Below are positions 58,515 through 64,000 of a DNA stretch of 64,000 nucleotides, in pieces. Source of the stretch: Pseudomonas sp. (lineage in GTDB: Bacteria > Pseudomonadota > Gammaproteobacteria > Pseudomonadales > Pseudomonadaceae). The stretch is taken from contig NZ_JASLAW010000246.1 of NCBI RefSeq assembly GCF_030147005.1, forward strand, positions 56,542 through 120,541. Reading direction: 5' to 3'. Under the pieces are notes generated by a model that saw nothing but the letters and a program-made list of their open reading frames with translations, searched no databases and was not told the origin of the DNA. How positions within the stretch are numbered: position 1 is the stretch's first letter; each line of letters begins with the position of its first letter. The position numbers and the translations under genes were made by a program.

Positions 58515-58737
58515 ATCAAGCACAGATGCAATGTCTGATTGATGAAGCTCATGCACTTATAGATATCCAAACTCAGGCTACTAAACCCGATCACCGAGAG
58601 ATTCAGCGACCGAGCCACCTTAATTACGGCCACCCCAGCGCACAAGCCGGCGGATTCTGACGCATGCGTAGGCAAGGGAGCAAGGTGTCGCAGGGGGTTG
58701 GGATTTTTCCTGCGGGCTTCGGGCACTTCGGGTTGGG

Positions 58738-59094
58738 TTAGTGGCGCGCCAGCCGCGCACCCCAGTCGCCCGCGTGTTGCAGGCGGCACTCTTCTTCGGA
58801 ATCAAAGTGCACGCAACGCTCCATCGCCAAAGGTGGGACGTCGGCGGCCTGCAACGCTGCGGCGGTCAGCTCGCGCATGCGCTGGTCGGCGCCCGAGGTG
58901 AGGGCGAGTGCCTTGTTGGCGCGAGTGTCGAATACCCAGGTCACCCGCAGGCTTTGTGGGAAGGCGCTGTAGTCGACGGTGTGGGTCAGCCAGTCGAAGC
59001 CTGGGATTTCGGCTTTGGCGGTTTCGCAGGCTTCGGTGAGGGTGGCGATCAGTTGGCGCTCGAGGCGGGCGCCGTCGCGTTTGGTCAGCGGCAT
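58738..59094 (-). CDS. Conserved hypothetical protein
   Basis: MPLTKRDGARLERQLIATLTEACETAK...GFDWLTHTVDY...FPQSLRVTWVFD...FDSEEEC. Confidence 0.7.
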   Translation of the reverse strand: MPLTKRDGARLERQLIATLTEACETAKAEIPGFDWLTHTVDYSAFPQSLRVTWVFDTRANKALALTSGADQRMRELTAAALQAADVPPLAMERCVHFDSEEECRLQHAGDWGARLARH

Positions 59095-59238
59095 AAAGGG
59101 CTCCGGTTGTTCGTGGGTGCGTCGCGCAAGAAGGGTGATGGCGCCCATCATACGGGGAGTCATCGTTGCGAACTTTGTAACCGTTGAATGCGCTGCTGTA
59201 GAGTCGAGCGCACAGCACTGATTACCCCAGGAATCTTC

Positions 59239-59802
59239 ATGACATTGACCGTCGACACCTTGCTCACATTGGCCATGGCCAATCCCATCAACGCTGAAAT
59301 CACCGCTCGCTTGCCGGCGCTGGGGGTGCAGCAGTGCATGCTTACGGCGGGCTGTTTGTTCCAGGCGGTGTGGAATCATCAGGCGAATCGCCCGGCGGAT
59401 GCGGGGGTGAAGGACTACGACGTTTTTTACTTTGATGAGGACCTGTCCTACGAAGCCGAGGATGCGGTGATTCGAAGGGCCGAGCACTTGTTCCAGGACC
59501 TGGGCGTTAATGTGGAGGTGAAGAACCAGGCCCGTGTGCACCTCTGGTATGGGCAGCGGTTTGGCCGGCCATACCCTCAGTTGCACTCGGCCAGGAAAGG
59601 GGTGGACCGCTACCTGGTGGCGGGCACGTGCATCGCTTTGGATATCGCCACGGGCGAGGTGTATGCGCCCTACGGGCTGGCGGATGTGGAGCAGGGGCTG
59701 CTGCGGATCAACCCGCTGCATCCGGAGCCGAAATTGTTTGCTGACAAGGCCAGGAGTTATCAGGCGCGGTGGCCCTGGCTCAGGATTGTGGAAGCGGGCT
59801 GA
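59239..59802 (+). CDS. Nucleotidyltransferase-family protein (DUF925-like)
   Basis: AGCLFQAVWN, VKDYDVFYFD, EVKNQARVH, APYGLAD, RWPWL. Confidence 0.8.
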   Translation: MTLTVDTLLTLAMANPINAEITARLPALGVQQCMLTAGCLFQAVWNHQANRPADAGVKDYDVFYFDEDLSYEAEDAVIRRAEHLFQDLGVNVEVKNQARVHLWYGQRFGRPYPQLHSARKGVDRYLVAGTCIALDIATGEVYAPYGLADVEQGLLRINPLHPEPKLFADKARSYQARWPWLRIVEAG

Positions 59803-59887
59803 GGCTTGGGCGATGCGGGGATTGCGGCTTGACGGCCGACCGCAGCGACCCCATCGCAGCCTCGCTAAGGCTCGACCGCTCCCGAAC

Positions 59888-61126
59888 TCACCCGGCGATT
59901 TGGCTGAGCAGGTAACCCAGTCCGGCGCTTGCCGTCACCACTAACCACGGCGGTAATTTCCAGACCATCAGCGCCGCCAGGGCGAGCACTGCCAGGGCTG
60001 CGTCGTAAACGCTGAAAATCGCGCTGGTCCACACCGGCTGATACAGCGCCGCCAGCAACAAGCCCACCACTGCCGCGTTCACACCGGCCAGCGCGGCCTG
60101 GGTACGAGGGCTGCGGCGCAGGCTGGCCCAGAAGGGCAGTGCGCCGAAGACCAGCAGAAAGGACGGCGCGAAAACCGCCAGCAGGGCGATCAGGCCGCCC
60201 AGCCAGCCGGTTGGGGCGTGGCTCATTGAGGCGCCGAGGAAGGCGGCGAAGGTAAACAGCGGGCCGGGCACGGCTTGGGCGGCGCCGTAGCCGGCGAGGA
60301 ACAGGTCGTTGCTCACCCATTGCGTGGGCACCACTTGAGCCTGCAGCAACGGCAGTACCACGTGACCGCCGCCGAATACCAGCGAGCCGGTGCGGTAGAA
60401 GGCGTCCACCAGGGCCAGCGTAGGGTGGTTGGCCCAGTCAGCCAGCATCGGCAAGCCCACCAGCAGCAGCAGGAACAGCGCCAGCCACACCGTTGCGGCT
60501 CGGCGGCTGATGGCGATCGGCAGTGCGTCGGGCTCGGCAGCGGGCCGGGGCTTGAACAGCACCACGCCAGCCACGCCCGCCGCGGCGATCACCCCGACCT
60601 GGCTCCAGGCGGACGATTCGAGCAGTACCAGGCAGGCGGCGCTCAGCATCACTGTCATCCGCGCCCACCCCCGGCACAGGTTGCCCGCCATGCCCCACAC
60701 GGCTTGGGCCACCACCGCCACGGCGACGACTTTAAGACCATGCAGCACGCCATCGGGGAGGGCCGCGCCGTAACGGGTCAGGCCCAGGGCGAACAGGATC
60801 AGCGCGATGGCCGACGGCAAGGTGAACCCGGCCCAGGCCGCCGCCGCACCGGCGTAACCTGCGCGTGACAGGCCCAATGCGATGCCGACCTGGCTGCTGG
60901 CCGGGCCGGGGAGGAACTGGCACAGGCCAACCAGTTCGGCGTAGCTGCGCTCGCTGAGCCAACGCCTGCGGGTGACGAACTCTTCGCGGAAATAACCCAG
61001 GTGCGCAATCGGCCCGCCGAAGGAGGTGAGGCCCAGGCGCAGGAAGATCAGGAACACTGACCAAGGGCTGCTGCGGTGGTCGGCAACGATGGTGGCCAAG
61101 GTGGAGTTCTCTGGTGAGGTGTTCAA
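59888..61126 (-). CDS. chrA: Chromate efflux transporter (start uncertain)
   Basis: LGLTSFGGPIAH, CQFLPGPASSQ, GSLVFGGGHVVLP, AQAVPGP. Confidence 0.88.
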   Translation of the reverse strand: MNTSPENSTLATIVADHRSSPWSVFLIFLRLGLTSFGGPIAHLGYFREEFVTRRRWLSERSYAELVGLCQFLPGPASSQVGIALGLSRAGYAGAAAAWAGFTLPSAIALILFALGLTRYGAALPDGVLHGLKVVAVAVVAQAVWGMAGNLCRGWARMTVMLSAACLVLLESSAWSQVGVIAAAGVAGVVLFKPRPAAEPDALPIAISRRAATVWLALFLLLLVGLPMLADWANHPTLALVDAFYRTGSLVFGGGHVVLPLLQAQVVPTQWVSNDLFLAGYGAAQAVPGPLFTFAAFLGASMSHAPTGWLGGLIALLAVFAPSFLLVFGALPFWASLRRSPRTQAALAGVNAAVVGLLLAALYQPVWTSAIFSVYDAALAVLALAALMVWKLPPWLVVTASAGLGYLLSQIAG

Positions 61127-61296
61127 GACCAAGCGCTCATTGAGCGTGGCTGATGCGGGCACCTTAACCACTTTTCATGACGCACAGAAGAGACGGCCTG
61201 TCGGTCATTTTTGCCGCGCATATTGAATTTATGTGAGCTAGTTTGAGTCACTGAAAGCACAGCGTTACTTTCCACCCACGACCTCAAGGACCGACC

Positions 61297-61737
61297 ATGA
61301 CCTTCTTCATTTTCCTGCTCGCCTGCACCGCCGCCGCCAGTACCGGCGTGATCTTCAAACCCGGCGCCTGGTACGAATCCCTGGTCAAGCCCAGCTTCAC
61401 CCCGCCTAACTGGTTGTTCCCGGTGGCGTGGACGATCATCTACCTGCTGCTGGCCTGGGCCGGTTACCGCTTGAGCCTGATTCCGGGCAGCGAAATGGTG
61501 CTGGCCCTGTGGGCGGCGCAGATTGCGCTGAATACGCTCTGGACGCCGGTGTTCTTCGGCGCGCACCGCTTGCTCGCCGGGATGGTGATCATTGTGTTGC
61601 TGTGGCTGACGGTGGCGGCGATGGTGGTGTTGGCGGTTCGCCTGGACCTGATTACCGGCTTGATCCTGTTCCCGTACCTGGCCTGGCTGTGCGTGGCGGC
61701 GGCGTTGAATTTCTCGATTTTGCGGAATAACCGTTGA
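61297..61737 (+). CDS. tspO: TspO/MBR tryptophan-rich sensory protein
   Basis: WYESLVKPSFTPPNWLFPVAW, LNTLWTPVFFG, PYLAW. Confidence 0.9.
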   Translation: MTFFIFLLACTAAASTGVIFKPGAWYESLVKPSFTPPNWLFPVAWTIIYLLLAWAGYRLSLIPGSEMVLALWAAQIALNTLWTPVFFGAHRLLAGMVIIVLLWLTVAAMVVLAVRLDLITGLILFPYLAWLCVAAALNFSILRNNR

Positions 61738-62672
61738 TGGCCTACCGAGCCTGGCCCGCCAGCGAGGCCGAACTGGCCCAGATGCGACGTTTCAATCAAA
61801 AGCTGTCGTGGATGCCGCGCTTCAAGGTCCGCAACCGCGTCACCCCGCGTGTGATCCAGGCGCTGCTGCGTACCAGCCAGACGTTCAAGAAGCCCCCCGT
61901 GGTGGAGCGCAGGCTTATCGGCTCCATACCGCTGCGTATCCTGCGGCCCGCCGCGGCGCCCAAAGGCGTGGTACTGGATATCCATGGCGGCGGCTGGGTG
62001 ATCGGCAATGCGCAGATGAATGACGACCTCAACCTGGGCATGGTCAAGGCGTGTGACGTGGCGGTGGTGTCGGTGGACTATCGGCTGGCGGTCAACACGC
62101 CGATTGAAGGGCTGCTGGAAGATTGCCTGGCCGCTGCGCGGTGGCTGTTGGCCGATTGCCCGGAGTTTGCCGGCCTGCCGGTGTTTTTCGTGGGCGAGTC
62201 GGCCGGCGGGCATCTGGCGGCGGCGACCTTGTTGGCGCTCAAGCAATGGCCGCAATTGCTCGAACGCGTCAGCGGCGCGGTGTTGTACTACGGGGTTTAC
62301 GACTTGACCGGCACGCCGAGCGTACGCGCGGCCGGGCCGCAGACGCTTCTGCTGGATGGGCCGGGGATGGTGGCGGCGTTGCGCTTGCTCACGCCCGGAA
62401 TCACCGATGACGCACGCCGAGAGTCGCCGCTGTCACCGTTGTATGCCGACTTCTCCGGGCTGCCACCGGCGTTGATGTTCGTGGGCGAGCTGGACCCGCT
62501 CAAAGACGACACGCTGCTGATCGCCGAGCGCTGGGCCGAGGTTGAGGCGTATTTGCTGCCGGAAGCGGCCCATGGGTTCATTCACTTCCCGGTGGCGATG
62601 GCCGATAGCGTGCTGGCGTATAGCCGCAATTGGATAACGGGCAGGATTTCGGCTGTTACTGATCACCGTTAA
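61737..62672 (+). CDS. HSL-family (family IV) esterase/lipase
   Basis: HGGGW, VDYRLA, GESAGG, DPL, HGF. Confidence 0.88.
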   Translation: MAYRAWPASEAELAQMRRFNQKLSWMPRFKVRNRVTPRVIQALLRTSQTFKKPPVVERRLIGSIPLRILRPAAAPKGVVLDIHGGGWVIGNAQMNDDLNLGMVKACDVAVVSVDYRLAVNTPIEGLLEDCLAAARWLLADCPEFAGLPVFFVGESAGGHLAAATLLALKQWPQLLERVSGAVLYYGVYDLTGTPSVRAAGPQTLLLDGPGMVAALRLLTPGITDDARRESPLSPLYADFSGLPPALMFVGELDPLKDDTLLIAERWAEVEAYLLPEAAHGFIHFPVAMADSVLAYSRNWITGRISAVTDHR

Positions 62673-62789
62673 GGTCCAAGGGGCATACCCACCCTGAAAA
62701 AAACACCGGCGCCAGGCCTAATGTCAGCCAGTTAACTGTGCTCCGTGAGTCCCACCCATTCCGAGACACTTCAGCCTTATTGAGATTTT

Positions 62790-63287
62790 ATGCAAGAAAG
62801 ACCCATCATTCAGGCGGTAAGCGTCGCTGATATCCCCGCAGTACTGAGCTTTGTGATGCGGGCGCGTGCCGAGCTTTTCCCAGTGCTCAGCGCAACCGCC
62901 ATGCCGGACGACCTGGCGCGGTTCGAGGCGGTATATCTTGAGGGGGACGGGCGGTTCTTGGCTGCCCAAGCCGATGGACAGTGGGTTGCGGCCATCGGCT
63001 ATCTGCCTTATGACGGCCGGTTCTCGCAGTTGGATTACCAAGGGCTCAAGACCGTGGAAGTGGTGCGCCTGTACGTGCTCCCGGCGTTCCGTCGCTTCGG
63101 TCTGGCGGGTGAGTTATACCGTTCGCTGGAAGCGCTGGCGCGGGCGGATGGCGTGGAAGTGGTTTACCTGCACACCCATCCGTTTCTGCCCGGTGCGATT
63201 GATTTCTGGATTCGACAGGGATTTGAGGTGACGGATGTGGAACCTGACCCGGTATGGCAGACGACACATATGCACCGGCCTCTTTGA
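62790..63287 (+). CDS. GNAT-family N-acetyltransferase
   Basis: EVVRLYVLPAFRRFGLA, YLHTHPFLPGAIDFW. Confidence 0.85.
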   Translation: MQERPIIQAVSVADIPAVLSFVMRARAELFPVLSATAMPDDLARFEAVYLEGDGRFLAAQADGQWVAAIGYLPYDGRFSQLDYQGLKTVEVVRLYVLPAFRRFGLAGELYRSLEALARADGVEVVYLHTHPFLPGAIDFWIRQGFEVTDVEPDPVWQTTHMHRPL

Positions 63288-63290
63288 GCA

Positions 63291-63640
63291 AATGTGGGAA
63301 GCGGCTTGCTCCCGATGGGCACACCGAGCCTAAGCGAGGTGCCGAGTGATGGGGCAAGAGCGTTTGCTACTTTTGCGCTTTTCAAACGTGAGCGGCTGTA
63401 AAGCGGAACCCGTAGTGGCCGTTACCTGAACAACGAATATGTACTCGGACCAGTCCAGTATCCTGGTCGGCTGTTGGACCGCTTTCGCAGGCCAGCTCCC
63501 ACATTTGGATCGCGGGGCATCCGTTAGCTATGCGTCGACTGCCCGGCCGTCACGGGAGCAAGCTCCCTCGTCACAGGTTCAGCGTCACATAAACGTTTGT
63601 GTAGATACCGATGTTTATCGGGGGGCAGTCCCTCACATTT
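63291..63640. repeat. Cluster of REP/REPIN elements between convergent genes
   Basis: AATGTGGGAAGCGGCTTGCTCCCGAT ... GCCAGCTCCCACATT pair, plus GGGAGCAAGCTCCCTCGTCACAGG and GGGGGCAGTCCCTCACATTT. Confidence 0.75.
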
Positions 63641-63650
63641 CTTTCGGGTT

Positions 63651-64000
63651 TTAACTAGAGCGCAGGCGCAGGATTTGCGCGCCGTCGAACGGGTCCGTCA
63701 GGTAATGCCCCTGCACCCCGAAGGTCTCGTGTAACCGCTCTGGCGTCAGCACTTGCAGAGGCGTGCCCAGCGCCACCAACCGCCCACGGTCCAGCACGGC
63801 CAGGCGATCGCAGGTTAGCGCCTGGTTCAGGTCATGCAGGGCGATCAAGGTGGTGACCGGCAAACCCTGCACACCTTTCAAGATCGCCAGTTGATGCTGG
63901 ATATCCAGGTGATTGGTCGGCTCATCCAGCAACAGGATCTGCGGCCGTTGCGCCAGGGCGCGGGCGATGTGCACGCGTTGGCGTTCGCCGCCTGAGAGGC
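63651..64000 (-). CDS. ABC transporter ATP-binding subunit (FepC/FecE-like), 5' part outside the window
   Basis: [37 protein letters not shown]. Confidence 0.88.
   Translation of the reverse strand, partial: LSGGERQRVHIARALAQRPQILLLDEPTNHLDIQHQLAILKGVQGLPVTTLIALHDLNQALTCDRLAVLDRGRLVALGTPLQVLTPERLHETFGVQGHYLTDPFDGAQILRLRSS

Noticed and set aside
58390..58789. 210-aa extended ORF through the C4 region (Ash-like leader fusion)
   Set aside because: The equivalent extension is not open in module 1; conservation is better explained by RNA structure, and the antisense target marks ATG 58390 as the start.

Overview
A GC-rich chromosomal window that looks like a Pseudomonas (fluorescens-group) genome, judged from gene content, REP elements and promoter motifs. 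The left part is a conserved block: trhO, a DsbA-like gene, an ABC transporter, rbdA, undA (1-undecene synthase), a GGDEF gene, lldD with a LysR regulator, and tRNA-Asn. It is followed by a mosaic of regulators, transporters, glucarate genes (gudD), trmK, two chemoreceptors and a subtilase. The most notable region is an accessory island of about 18 kb (39857-58049). It carries an internally deleted PWNKG-type tyrosine recombinase and about ten 24-bp imperfect palindromes (consensus G[G/T]CNGCWWNN-GGCC-NNWWGCNGNC) lying between cargo genes, which suggests a cassette-type recombination system. One palindrome is split by a 176-bp MITE with a GGCC target duplication. The largest cargo is a cdiB-cdiC-cdiA-like two-partner secretion locus: an HlyC-type acyltransferase plus a 2744-aa adhesin/toxin ending in a lipase-like domain, followed by three lipoprotein genes. 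Other observations: two C4-antisense-RNA/DUF6124 modules whose loop and target sequences co-vary, a 41-unit heptamer VNTR, a FliA-promoter orphan gene, a decayed toxin-antitoxin pair and three REP clusters. All family assignments are by eye from motifs; no database searches were run.
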